This document shows positions 22,873-35,700 of a stretch of DNA of 64,000 nucleotides, in pieces; positions within the stretch are counted from its first letter, which is position 1; every line of letters begins with the position of its first letter. The stretch is from Octopus vulgaris (lineage: Eukaryota). The position numbers and the translations under genes are program-made. Under the pieces are notes generated by a model that was not told where the DNA came from, did no database searches, and saw only the letters and a program-made list of their open reading frames with translations. The stretch is from assembly GCA_951406725.2 (NCBI GenBank), contig OX597824.1, forward strand, positions 86,924,001 to 86,988,000. The letters are read 5' to 3'.

Positions 22873-23201
22873 TATCTGTAAATATGATATGTGACAATTA
22901 TTTGGTAGCCAAGATAAAACTGAGTTTCAGATGCCGAAGTGGAAATCCACAACACCATCTCTTCGGTTATCTGGCCATCTGATCTAATTAAGCGCATGAG
23001 ATGGAAAGCTTTCTTTTTTAATACAGAAGTGGACACCATGGAAAATACTTTCTATCGTATAAAATCTAAAATATTCCCTCCCAAGAAAGTTTCAGATGGC
23101 CAGATAACTGAAGAGATGGTGTTGTGGATTTCCACTTCAGCATCCGAAACACAGAGTTTTATCTTGGCTATTGAATAATAAGTAACATTAATTTACAGAT
23201 A
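22873..23201. mobile_element. Penelope-like element relic: inverted pseudo-LTRs around an ORF N-terminal fragment
   Basis: ~110-bp inverted arms; the spacer encodes LIKRMRWKAFFF...FYRIKSKIFPP, which resembles PLE ORF N-termini; hammerhead core in the arms. Confidence 0.72.
23102..23164 (+). ncRNA. Putative minimal type I hammerhead ribozyme
   Basis: Stem I agataa/ttatct, CTGAAGA 23108-23114, stem II gatg/catc, GAAAC 23146-23150, GT-T cleavage triplet. Confidence 0.6.
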
Positions 23202-23225
23202 TATATATATATAGAGAGAGAGGGA

Positions 23226-23525
23226 GAGGCACAATGGCCCAGTGGTTAGGGCAGGGGACTCGTGTCATAGGATCGCGGTTTCGATTCCCAGACCGGGCGT
23301 TGTGAGTGTTTATTGAGCGAAAACACCTAAAGCTCCACAAGGCTCCGGCAGCGGATGGTGGCGATCCCTGCTGTACTCATTCACCACAATTTTTCTCTCA
23401 CTCTTTCTTCTGTTGGCCTGCTCGCTTAGCCAGTGGGGTGGCATCATTTGAAGGCTAAAACAATGCGACGCGCATTGTGATCAGCAATGTGTAGCAACAT
23501 CTGATAGCCTGGTCGGTCACGGTGA
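23226..23525 (+). mobile_element. tRNA-derived SINE family 3
   Basis: tggcccagtggttagg (A box), ggtttcgattccc (B box); relatives at 1180-1425(-), 45040-45345(-), 57810-58060(+). Confidence 0.78.
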
Positions 23526-23944
23526 TATATATATATATATAAACACACGCACATATAAACCATGAATTATTTGTGATCAGAGGCATTCATAAACCGAGGT
23601 AATACTGTATTAAATCAATATGAGAAAGACAGGAGATAAAGGACGATTTATTTGTGATCAGAGATGTTCAAAAACCAAGGTTCTACTGTATATATATACA
23701 TATGTATATATATGTATGTGTATATGTATGTATATGTGACCTCGTGTGTACCGTTGGCGATTTTTTTTTTTTTTCCTCTGTCTTTCCTTCTCTGGATCTT
23801 CTCTTCTCCTATGTTTCCGACGAAGAGCTCTGCTCGAAACATTAAACCCTCCTTCTTTCCTTCCTTCCTGAGCATCCAATAATAGTATATTTGTTCCACG
23901 TCCTCGCGTTGTGTTTTTTTGTGCTTTCTTGTTTGGATTAACTG

Positions 23945-24205
<261 letters not shown>

Positions 24206-24494
24206 TATTTTTATTGTATTTGTGTAACATTCTCCGTTTTTTTCCGTCCTTGTTTTTGCATACATTCTCTGCTTTCTTCCAAGGAATTAATGCTCTTAGC
24301 TTAGTTTTTCTTTGGTGCTGGCCAGATTGGAGCAATCTCAAGTATAATCAGCTGAAATTGCGAAGATAATCTGGTACTTGATTGAGGAAAGAAAACTTCG
24401 AATGACCCGTCCTTGTTTTCTTTGTATCGTCCATCTGGATGTTTTCTTGTCCTATTTTTGTTTCACCTAACCATCCGGATGTTTTGTGTTCTTA

Positions 24495-26735
24495 AAAGGG
24501 AGGCTGGGCAGCAGGTATACATAGCCAAGGGCGAAGCAGAAAAGAAGTTTTCCAGTCTCCAACTACGTGAGGACCAAAGGACAGGTATTTCGGATTGCTA
24601 GACAGTGTGTGAGAGAAAATTGTGATGTTACAGGAGAGCAATGCGTCCGCATGGATGATGATGCACTTGCTTTTAATGTTTCTGAAAAGAAAGAGGTTTG
24701 GAGAAGCCATTATGAAAAACTGCTGAATGTGGAGAAGGAATGGGAGGAGGAGGGCCTGCCAAATGTTGACCCAGTAGAGGGACCAGCTGTCCCAATAGAC
24801 AGCTCCCTAGTAGATTAAGCCATTAAGAGTATGAAGCCAGGAAAAGCCCCCGGCCCATCAGGAATCACTGCTGAGATGCTTAAAATATCTGGTGGTGTGG
24901 GCTATGGCCTAGTCACCCGCATTGTAAACCAGGTAGTTCATGATGGAGTCATACCCAATGACTGGCGTACAGCACCATAGTCAACTCCTACAAGGGTAAA
25001 GGTGATGCTCTAGATAGAAATAACTACAGGGGTATTAAACTGCTGGATCAGGTGATGAAGGGCACAGAGATGGTCATAGCCCATCACATTAGGGAGAGAG
25101 AGTCTGCTTAGATGAGATGCAGTTTGGTTTTGTTCCAGGTAGAAGCACCACTGATGCCATATTCCAGGTTCAACAACTGCAGGAGAAATACTTAGCTAAA
25201 GATAAACCCCTCTACATAGCTTTCCTGGACTTGGAGACAGCCTTTGACAGGGTTCCCCGATCCCTTATCTGGTGGGCGATGCGGAAACTGGAGATTGACA
25301 AATGGTTGATAAGGGCTGTACAGGCCCTATAACAGAGAGACCGTTAGTAAGGTTTGGATTGGCAACGAGTATAGTGAAGAATTCCGGGTAGAAGTAGGGG
25401 TCCACCAAGGTTCAGCCCTTAGTCCCCTTTTATTCATCGTAGTCCTCCAGGCAATAACAGAGGAATTCAAGAAGGGTTGCCCCTGGGAGCTCTATGCTGA
25501 TGACCTGGCCCTTGTAGCAAAATCACTACTGGAACTAGAAATGAAATTTCAAATGTGGAAGCTAGGTTTAGAATCGAAAGGCCTTAGAGTCAATGTAGCA
25601 AAGACCAAAGTTATAGTAAGTTGGAAGGCGAACTCACCACACACACCCTCAGGTAGGTGGCCCTGCTCAATCTGTAGAAAGGGTGTAGGTAGAAACTCCA
25701 TAAGATGTACCCAGTGTAAGCTATGGACGAATAAGAGGTGCAGCAACATCAAAGGAAAATTAACCGAGAAGATAGCTTTCGTGTCCTGCAGATGCACAGG
25801 GGCAATAGACACCACAGATACTCAGATAACAGATTCTGTTACACTCCAGGGGAAGAAACTAGAAGTAGTTGATAGTTTCCGCTACCTAGGTGACCAAGTT
25901 AATAGTGGAGGTGGGTGCTCAGAGAGTGTCACCACTAGAATACGAATAGCCTGGGCAAAGTTTAGAAAGGGTCTCTCGCTCAGAGTGAAAGGTAGATTGT
26001 ATGATGCATGTGTTCAAACTGCCATGCTTCATGGTAGTGAAACATGGGCTGTGACTGTAGAGGACATGCGTAGGCTTGAAAGAAATGAAGCTAGCATGAT
26101 CCACTGGATGTGTAATGTCAGTGTGCACACATAACAGTGTAAGCACCCTGAGAGAAATGCTGGTCATAAGAAGCATTGGGTGTGACGTGCAAGAGAGACG
26201 TTTGCGCTGGTATGGTCATGTACGGATGGATGAGTAGAGATGTGTGAAGAAGTGCCACACCCAAACAGTTGAAGGAATTTGGGGTAGAGGTAGACCCAGG
26301 AAGACATGGGATGAGGTGGTCAAGCATGAGACTTCAAACATTGAGCCTCACAGAGGCAATGACAAAAGACCGAGATCTCTGGAGATATGCTGTGACTGCG
26401 AAGACCCAACAAATAACGTGAGTTCATGGCTGTTTCCGGCACCAGCTTCACATAGCAGCCCCAGCCCATCCAAAGTACATTGGATCGCAGAATGGCCTGC
26501 TGCGCTTTACCTTGGATTGTAGGGCGACCTGCTGTGCTTTACTGGCCTCAGTGCCAGTGGCACGTAAAAAGCACCCACTACACTCATGGAGTGGTTGGCG
26601 TTAGGAAGGGCATCCAGCTGTAGAAACACTGCCAGATCAGACTGGAGCCTGGTGCAGCCTCCTGGTTTCCCAGACCCGGTCAAACCGTCCAACTCATGCT
26701 AGCATGGAAAATAGACATTAAACTATGATGATGAT
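24495..26735 (+). mobile_element. RTE-clade LINE, 5'-truncated and degenerate (RT, embedded Cys-rich finger, 3' UTR, (ATG)n tail)
   Basis: GKAPGPSGITAEMLK, QFGFVPGRSTTDAIF, AFDRVPR, GVHQGSALSPLLF, YADDL, FRYLG, GRGRPRKTW; in-frame stops and frameshifts; ends aactatgatgatgat. Confidence 0.93.
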
Positions 26736-28126
26736 ATATAATAAAGAAACAGGTATTTCGTCTGCCGCTACGTTCTGAGTTCAAATTCTGCCGAGGTCGA
26801 CTTTGCCTTTCAGCCTTTCGGGGTTGATAAATGAAGTACCAGTTACACACTGGGGTCGATGTAATTGACTTAATCCATTTGTCTGTCCTTGTTTGTCCCT
26901 TATGTGTTTAGCCCATGTGGGTAGTAAAGAAATAGATATTCCGTCTGCCGTTAAGTTCTGATTTCAAATTCCACCAAGGTCGACTTTGCCTTTCATCCTT
27001 TCAGGTTCGATAAATGAAGTACCAGCTACGCACTGGGATCGATGTAATTGACTTAATCCCTTTGTCCGTCCTTGTTTATCTCCTCTATGTTTAGCCCCTT
27101 GTGGGCAATAAAGAAATAAGTTATTCAATAATTTCACCAGTAACATTAGTTATTTGAGAAACTAATTATAGTTTCTGAAATATAGAGAATTTTTAGCTTG
27201 TAATCCCTGTAATTTTATGTATTTTAATCTGCAAAAAGATCAGTTTAAAACCCATGCCACAGCTAAGACGGCGTGCTGGTTTGATTACCTTCAGATAGAG
27301 AAGATCGTGAATGGGTTGTTTATCTGTAGTTCTTTAGAAAGGACAGGGTGACGTAAGTGTGAGTTCGCTTTCCAGGTGGAAAGTATTTGGTTTCAGGGAA
27401 AACCTGAGAGACAAACAATAACAAACAATTATCTCATCATCATCATCGTTTAACGTCCGCTTTCCATGTTAGCATGGGTTGGACGGTTCAACTGGGGTCA
27501 GGGAAGCCAGAAGGCTGCGCCAGGCCCAGTCTGATCTGGCAGTGTTCCTACAACTGGATGCCCTTCCTAATGCCAACCACTCCATGAGTGTAGTGGGTGC
27601 TTTTACATGCCACCTGCACAGGTGCCAGACGAGGCTGGCAAATGGCCACGATCGGATGGTGCTTTTTACGTGCCACCAGCACGGGGGCCAGATGAGGTTG
27701 GCAATGGCCACAATCGGATGGTGCCTTTTACGTGCCACCGGCATGGAGGCCAGTTGGGGCAGCCCTGGCAACGGCCACGTTCGGATGGTTCTCTTATGTG
27801 CCACCAGCACTGGTGTCACAGCTAGAAAAGTACTGTAGTGGAATTTAATCTTCTAGACATGTTTCATCCAGGCAGTGAGCTGACAGAGTCATTAGCATGT
27901 CAGACTTGCAGCTCTTTACATTCTGAGTTCAAATCCTGCCATGGTCAACTATATTTTTCATCTCTATATTTTTCATCCCAGTTGGGCACTAGGGGTTGAT
28001 AGAATTGATTTATCCCCTTCCCAAAATTTGCTGGCCCTGTGTCAAAATTTAAAACCATTATAAAATTGGAGTCGATAAACTAAAAGATCAGTCAAGTGTG
28101 TGTGTGTGTCGCTACACACACACAAT

Positions 28127-28537
28127 AGGCGTAGGAGTGGCTGTGTGGTAAGTAGCTTGCTAACCAACCACATGGTTCCGGGTTCAGTCCCACTGCGTGG
28201 CATCTTGGGCAAGTGTCTTCTGCTATAGCCCCGGGCCGACCAATATCTTGTGAGTGGATTTGGTAGACAGAAACTGAAAGAAGCCTGTCGTATATATGTA
28301 TATATGTATATATATAAGTGTGTGTGTGTATATGTTTGTGTGACTGTGTTTGTCCCCCTAGCATTGCTTGACAACCGATGCTGGTGTGTTTACGTCCCCG
28401 TCACTTAGCGGTTCGGCAAAAGAGACCGATAGAATAAGTACTGGGCTTACAAAGAATAAGTCCCGGGGTCGATTTGCTTGACTAAAGGCGGTGCTCCAGC
28501 ATAGCCGCAGTCAAATGACTGAAACAAGTAAAAGAAT
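28127..28537 (+). mobile_element. tRNA-derived SINE family 1, full length
   Basis: Same consensus. Other copies at ~19629-19970(+), 21257-21590(-), 28843-29378(+), 36205-36589(+), 36676-37040(-), 48990-49384(+), 49637-50023(+), 62280-62657(-). Confidence 0.88.
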
Positions 28538-29004
28538 AATGTAATCAACTTGACCCCTCCCTTCAAATGGACCAACATTCTGTGCAGAGGTCTGTTGTGA
28601 TCTCTGTTATTTACACACCATGGAAATTGAGTAACTGGCCTTTTTGAGTCCTAGGGCTGAAGAAAAATAAATAAGATAGTATCATGTTACATCACCATCG
28701 TTTTAGCTCTGTTGTCTTTCCATGCAGGTCTGGGCTGAACAGGTTTCATAGTGCTTGGCTAATCCTTGTGGTTTTTCTTTGTCTGTCACACCCAACAATG
28801 AAGAAAGATATACCTCTTTCGTCATCATCATTTAACATTTATAGGCGTAGGAGTGGCTGTGTGGTAAGTAGCTTGCTTACCAACCACATGGCTCCGGGTT
28901 CATTCCCACTGCATGGCACCTTGGGCAAGTGTCTTCTGCTATAGCCCCTGGCCAACCAAAGCCTTGTGAGTGGATTTGGTATATGGAAACTGAAAGAGTC
29001 TGTC

Positions 29005-29035
<31 letters not shown>

Positions 29036-29145
29036 TATAGAAGGAGCTTCTACAGGACTAGTACTGTTTCATTCAAGAGAAATCTTCAGGAAGGTATTGA
29101 GTACCTTACTTACTGTGGTTAACCCCGAATCAACCCGGGACCTAC

Positions 29146-29179
<34 letters not shown>

Positions 29180-29534
29180 CTGTGTTTGTCCCCACAATAT
29201 CGCTTGATAACCGATGCTGGTGTGTTTATGTCCCTGTAACTTAGTGGTTCGGCAAAAAGAGACCGATAGAATAAGTACTAGGCTTACAAAGAATAAGTCC
29301 TGGAGTCGATTTGCTTGACTAAAGGCGGTGCTCCAGCATGGCCGCGGTCAAATGACTGAAACAAGTAAAAGAGAGTAAAAAAAAAAAGAGAGAGTGTGAC
29401 TCATATACAAGTAAATATGATACTTTACAATAGCAGTTCCCTGCCTTTTTTGCCCCACAGACTGGGAAGCCACATTCGTAACAAAACACAATAAGGTGCA
29501 TAATATATACTTTAATCATTCCATTCAGAGTAGA

Positions 29535-30312
29535 CTAGCAGCATCGCCCGGCGTTGCTTGGGTTTGTCTCGACCCTTTAGAATTGGAATTTTTGGAAAGT
29601 AAAAATTTTGCATTATGTAGCTTGTTATTCTCTTTACGTGAACATTTTTCTGGTTGAAATACACCGCAAAGTGGCGACACAGCAGTCAAAAAAATCGTAA
29701 AAAATAGGGATTTTCATTAAAAAAAAAGCACCTTTTTGATGTAAATAGTTTTTGGTGTTAACATGGTCCGATTTGAATTTTTCTTCTATGGAATGAAGAG
29801 CAAGGCTTCTTCTATCATATTCTCAATTTTGGTCAACTTGCGTCGCAGGGTCTCGGAGGAGATAGTGTTAGTTGAAGGCTACCAAACCTGCCACACACAG
29901 ACAACTTCAGCTTTATATATATACCAGCTGTATCGCCTGGCGTTGCTCGGGTTTGTTTCGACCCTTTAGAATTGGAATTTTTGGAAAGTAAAAGTTTTGC
30001 ATTATGTAGCTTGTTATTCTCTTTAAGTGAACATTTTTCTGGTTGAAATACACCGAAAAATGGCGACACAGCAGACAAAAAATCGTGAAAAATAGGTATT
30101 TTAATAGAAAAAAAGCGCCCTTTTTAATGTAAATAATTTTTGGTGTTAACATGGTCTGATTTGAATTTTTTCTTCTACGGAGGGAAGAGCAAGCCTTCTT
30201 CTATCATACTCTCAATTTTAGTTAACTTGCGCCACAGGGTCTCGAAGGAGATAGTGTTAATTGAAGGCTACCAAACCTGCTATATACAGACAACTTCAGC
30301 TTTATATATATA
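29535..30312 (-). mobile_element. Head-to-tail dimer of Helitron family B
   Basis: Two ~390-bp copies with a junction near 29924. Confidence 0.85.
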
Positions 30313-30691
30313 TATATATCATACATAATACCGATTTATAATGCAAGAACACTCTACAGACTGCAATAGTCAATAAAATATAAATAAAATTTCAAAATTT
30401 ATTCTTTCTGTGTGGTTCAGTACCAAATGCTTCATGGCCCAGGATCGGTCTGTAACCAAGGTGGCTGGAATGCCCTGTTTTACAACCTGACCTAGGTGCA
30501 TTTCATTGTGCTACTTGTACTAAAGAGGTTACCTGTACAATACTGAAGGGTCTCCTCTCCCTTACATCAACTCCATTCATTCCTTTATTCATTTTATATA
30601 TGGTTTCCACAGTTAGATGCCCTTCCTGTCACTAACCATTTTACAGTGTGGACTGCATATAATTTACCATGCCGCAGTGAGGAAAATTATT

Positions 30692-31262
30692 TTAACCCTT
30701 TAGCATTCAGATTATTTGGTCAAATGTAATGCTTATTTATTCGCACTCATCATCATCATCATTGTTTAACGTCCATTTTCCATGCTAGCATGGGTTGGAT
30801 GGTTCGACCGGGGTCTGGGAAGCCAGGAGGCTACACCAGGCCCAGTCTGATCTGACAGTGTTTCTACAGCCGGATGCCCTTCCTAACACCAACCACTCCG
30901 AGAGTGTAGTGGGTGCTTTTTATGTGCCACTGGCACAGGTGCCAGGTGAGGCTGGCAACGGCCATGATCGGTTGGTGTATTTTATGTGCCACCGGCACAG
31001 AGGCCAGTCGAGGCAGCACTGGCAACAGCCACGTTTGGATGGTCCTTTACGTGCCACCGGCACTGGTATCACAACTACAATTTCCATTGATTTTTGATCG
31101 ATTTCGATTATTTTAAATTAATCCTGAATTATCTTGAAGCTTTACGATTTCAATGATGTGATTGCTTATTTTCAGAATAGCAATGTAGGGTATGTGTGAG
31201 AGGCCAGATATAGCCAGTTTGGACATAAAGCAAGTAGAATGGCTTAAATGCTAAAGGGTTAA
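30692..31262. mobile_element. piggyBac-like MITE (ttaaccctttagcatt TIR) interrupted by an RTE tail (30748-31105)
   Basis: TTAA-flanked TIRs; uninterrupted relative at 42518-42748, partial copies at 43150 and 57470. Confidence 0.7.
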
Positions 31263-32758
31263 AAATGTTTAACGTGTAGGCAGGTCAGACTACTTGCAGT
31301 GTATGAGAACTCATAACTGCCAGATGTTGTTCAATAATTCCACCAGTAACTAATTAGTTTCTGAAATATAGAGAAGTTGTTATTAACGTTTGGCTTGTAA
31401 TCCCTATAAAAAAATTCAGTTCAAATTGCAGTTGTTAGAACTAAGTTTAAACCATTGCAATTTAGTAATCATGAAAAACTGACCTCAATAATTGTGAAAA
31501 TAAATATATATATTTTAACATTATGTGGTGGTGGTTAAGTTTATGTATTCACTTTAATCATTCTAGTTTAAGAAAACCAAAAAATAAAGAAAAGAAAGGG
31601 AAAATAATTTGATCCTTCACTTGAATATAGAATGTTGAAAGAAAGAATTTATAATGCCATTTGACATATGCCAAATCATTCAGATGATGCCAGAGAAAAT
31701 TTGATACTGTTCCTGCACTGATGACCCACTAAGTAAGAATCTGGTTTACAGAAAGAGGAATCTTGTGAGGTGTACAAGCAGACCTGTCTCTTGGAAATAA
31801 CTTATGGCTGTTGGCCTTGGTGTGTGATCGAGCTCTTAACAGCTGTGTGTGGGTGTGAATGTATGTGTGTATATGTGCTGGGACAGCTTTGCCCCAATTT
31901 GCTATCAGTGACAGGCCAAGCTGACTGTAACTGAATATTCTGGTACTTGGTGGAAGCAAAGGATCAGCTAATTAATTCCAAGCATTTGAAGGAAATGCTC
32001 AGGTTTCAGCTGTCAACTTGGCAAAGCAATGTTTTCATCAGCTTAGTGGTGATACATAAAAATAATGAATTGTAAAAGCAAGGAGACTATTCTTGGGAAT
32101 GGATTTTTGAGTTCTTCTTTTTTGTTTTTTTTTTAGCTACAAAATTTTGAAAAATATTTTCTTCCTTTTTTTTATGATGAATGTGGCAGAGAGGAAAAAA
32201 AATATAGATTTGGCATGGTCTACCACCTTGTATCATCAGTTAAAATCTGTTGTGAAAATTCTATTTAATTTTGGGGAAAGGACACATGACACTTCTATCT
32301 CTACGACTTCACATATTTATTCCACAATAGCTTCTGTACTTATAGAAAACATGCTTAGGTTTCAAAATTATCAGGAGAAAGCCACAGAAAGCAATTCATG
32401 TATGCCCTTCCATACAAAATTTTGTAGATGCTTTGTGTATAAGCTTAGCACCACATGTTATATCATTACAATGTAAATATCTGAATATCAATAAAAGCCT
32501 GACTTTTAAATTATATGGAAGGTGAAAAGTTTTAAAGAATTGGTCTTGCATATCTCACCCAAACTATGATAGACTTTGTTTTAACATTACAAAGTAACAC
32601 TACTAGAAGAAGGCTAATCTTATTTCAGACTCAGTTGTTCTTATCTGATGCAAATGGATATATCGTGTGAGTCAATTAGTTGATAAATTGGAGTTTTATA
32701 GCCTTTGAGAATCAAAGTGATTTGATTGTGACTGCACCAGGTTTTAAATTGTTTTTCT

Positions 32759-33238
32759 TTAACCCTTTTGATACCAACCTTGCTGAAACCGGCTCTGGCT
32801 TTGTAGTACAAATCTCTTGTTTTCGTAAGTTTTGAATTAAAATCTTCCACCAAACCTTAGTCACAATTTATGTTCCTAACACTAGCTTAATGATAAACTA
32901 AGTTATTTTGCTAAATTCTTTGTTATATTTAAAGTAATTCAAAGAAACACAGAGCATCTCAACACAATTATGGTAACAAAAGGATTAAATTATATAATAG
33001 AGAAACAATTCTTAATCTTTCCATTACCAACCTGGCTGAAACCGGTTCTGGTTTTGTAGTACAAATGTCTTGTTTTCAAAAGTTCTAAATTAAAATCTTT
33101 CACCAAACATTAGTCACAATTTATGTTCCTAACACTAGCTTAACGATAACTAAGTTATTTTACTAAATTCTTTGTTATATTTAAAAATGATTGGAAGAAA
33201 CTGAGTATCTCAAAATAAATACAGTAACAAAAGGGTTA
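32759..33238. mobile_element. Two tandem piggyBac-like MITEs (TTAA|CCCTTT...AAAGGG|TTAA)
   Basis: ~230-bp copies at 32759-32988 and 33012-33238; partial relatives near 4170, 48910-49520 and 56090. Confidence 0.72.
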
Positions 33239-33589
33239 AGGTAGGAAGCAAGCAGGGATAAGAATGAGTGGGACAAAGGTACCATGTCTTGTAGAAACGA
33301 AATGGGTTAGTCACTCAAGAAGAAATAATTTAACGAGCAATTAAAAGTAAGACAAAATAAATAAATAAACACAAACTCTTTAAGTAAACAATGTTGCAGG
33401 TCATAAAGAAAGAATTTAATTAATTAAGTTAAATTCTTAGAATGTTTTTCTCTTCAATCTGAATTCAGATTTTGTGATATGAAAGTGTTGTAAAATGTGT
33501 TATTGACATTGTTGCTTGGCCCTAAGATCAAAGGCATTAAAGCCACCATTTTATGGGACTACATTGTGGAATTACATGAAAGGACTATA

Positions 33590-33880
33590 ATAATAATAAT
33601 AATAATTGTGTACAGTGCTCAGGTGCACTACAACTCATCTAAAGTGTATATATAATCAGGTGTAGTTTCGGCGGATTTCGGAAAGCATGAGGACTTAAAG
33701 GATGCAGTGTCATGGCAGTCAACAACTGACGCAGGCAGTTTATTCCATGCTTCAGCAACTCTGAGCGTGAAAAAATGTTTCCGAAAGTCATGGGAGCTGT
33801 GTTGTTTTCTGACTTTGTAGGCATGTCCACGTGTGTTAGACACATGGAGATCAAAAAGGTGAACTCACTATAGGACAACA
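33590..33880 (-). mobile_element. CR1-like LINE 3' end
   Basis: [40 protein letters not shown], followed by 3' UTR and (ATT)n tail. Confidence 0.88.
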
Positions 33881-34157
33881 TAATCTAATGTGTCCTTCTT
33901 CTTTAAGTAGGCAGGATTTTGAGTCGGTTCTATCATTGGCTCATTACATTTTATTTAATATTAATATAACAGATATAGTGGAGTTTAAGTTGAGTGAAAT
34001 TTGACTGCTATTTCTAGTAAATTGATTGACCCATTGTATTTTATTTGATATAACAGATATGGTGGTATTTGAATTGAGGGAAATTTAGCTGCTGTTTCTA
34101 GTAAATCGATTGACCACATAGAGGCTCCATCATAGGCACATTGTATTTTATTTGATA

Positions 34158-34485
34158 CTAGCAGTATCGCTTGTTGTTGCTCGGGTTTGTTACAACCCTT
34201 TAGAATTGGAATTTTTGAAAAGTAAAAATTTTGCATTATGTAGCTTGTTATTCTCTATAAGTGAACATTTTTCTGGTTGAAATACACCGAAAAATGGCGA
34301 CACAGCAGTAAAAAAATCGTGAAAAATAGGTATTTTAATAGAAAAAAAGCACCTTTTTGATGTAAATAATTTTTGGTCTTAACATGGTCCGATTTGAATT
34401 TTTTCTTCTACTGAAGGAAGAGCAAGCCTTCTATCATACTCTCAATTTTGGTCAACTTGTGCTGCAGGGTCTCAGGGGAGATAGT
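34158..34485 (-). mobile_element. Helitron family B, 5'-truncated at a GGCT minisatellite
   Basis: CTAG end at 34158; homology stops at ggagatagt (~34485). Confidence 0.82.
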
Positions 34486-35700
34486 CTGGGTTTTGGTTTC
34501 CTGGCTGGCCTGGCCTTGGCTTGCTGGCTTAAAATTGAACTAGGCTAGCTGGCTGGCCCGGCCTTGGCTTGCTGGCTGGAAACTGGCCTAGGCTGTGTGG
34601 TTGGCATTGTTATGGATGCCTGGCTTGCCCGGACTTGACTTGCTGGCTGGAAACTGGCCTAGGCTGGTTGGCTGGCTGGACCTTGGCTGCCTGGCTGGCC
34701 CGGGCTAGGTTTGCTTATTCAAAATTGGCCTAGGCTGACTGGCTGTCCGGGTTTGCTGGCTGGCTGGCCATGCCATTGATGCCTGGCTGGCCTGGCCTTG
34801 GCTTGCTGGCTTGAAATTGAACTAGGCTAGCTGGCTGGGCGGTCCTTGGTTGCTTGGCTGGCCCGGCCTTGGCTTGCTGGCTGGGCTTAGGTTGCCTGGG
34901 TGGCCCAGCCTTGGTTTGCTGGCTGAAAATTGGCCTATGCTGGCAGGCCCTCTTTTGGCTGCCTGGCTGGCCCGGCCTTGGCTTGCTGGCTGGAAAATGG
35001 CTGAGGCTTGCTGGCTGGCCGGGCCATTGCTGTCTGGCTGGCCTGGCCTTGGCTTGCTGGCTGGAAACTGGCTTTGGCTGGCTGGCAGGGCCTTGGTTGC
35101 CTGGCTGGCCCGGATTTTGTTAGCAGCCTGGACACTGGCCTAGCCTTGCTGGGTGGCAAGTCCTTGGGTGCTTCACTGGCCCAGATTTGGCTTGCCAGCT
35201 TGAAACTGGCCGGGCCTTAGGCTGGCTGGCCCAGCCTAGGTTTGCTGCTGGAAATTGGCCTAGGCTGGCTGGCCATCTCTGGATGCCTGGCTTGCTGAGC
35301 CTTGCCTACCTGACTGGCTGTCCTTGGTTTCCTGGCTGGCCTGGATATAGCTTGCTGGCTGGCTGGGTCTTGGCTGCTTGGCCTATGTTTGCTGGCTGGA
35401 AATTGGTCTAGGCTGGCTGGCTGCCCCCGGCTTTGGCTTGCTGGCTGGAAACTGGCCTAGGCAGGCTGGCTGGCTGGGTGGACCTGGCTTGGCCCGGCCT
35501 AGGCTTGCTGGCTGGAAACTGGCTGGCCCGGCCTTGGCTTGCTGGCTGGCTGTCATTGTTTTGGATGCCTGGCTGGAAACTTGCCTAGGCTGGCTGGCTG
35601 GTTGTCATTGTTTTGGATGCCTGGCTGGAAACTTGCCTAGGCTGGCTGGCTGGCTGTCATTGTTTTGGATGCCTGGCTGGCCCGACCTAGGTTTGTTGGT
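34486..35700. repeat. GC-rich complex minisatellite built from GGCT/GCTG units
   Basis: Recurrent ggctggcccggccttggcttgctggctggaaactggcctagg; strong G+T strand bias. Confidence 0.92.
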
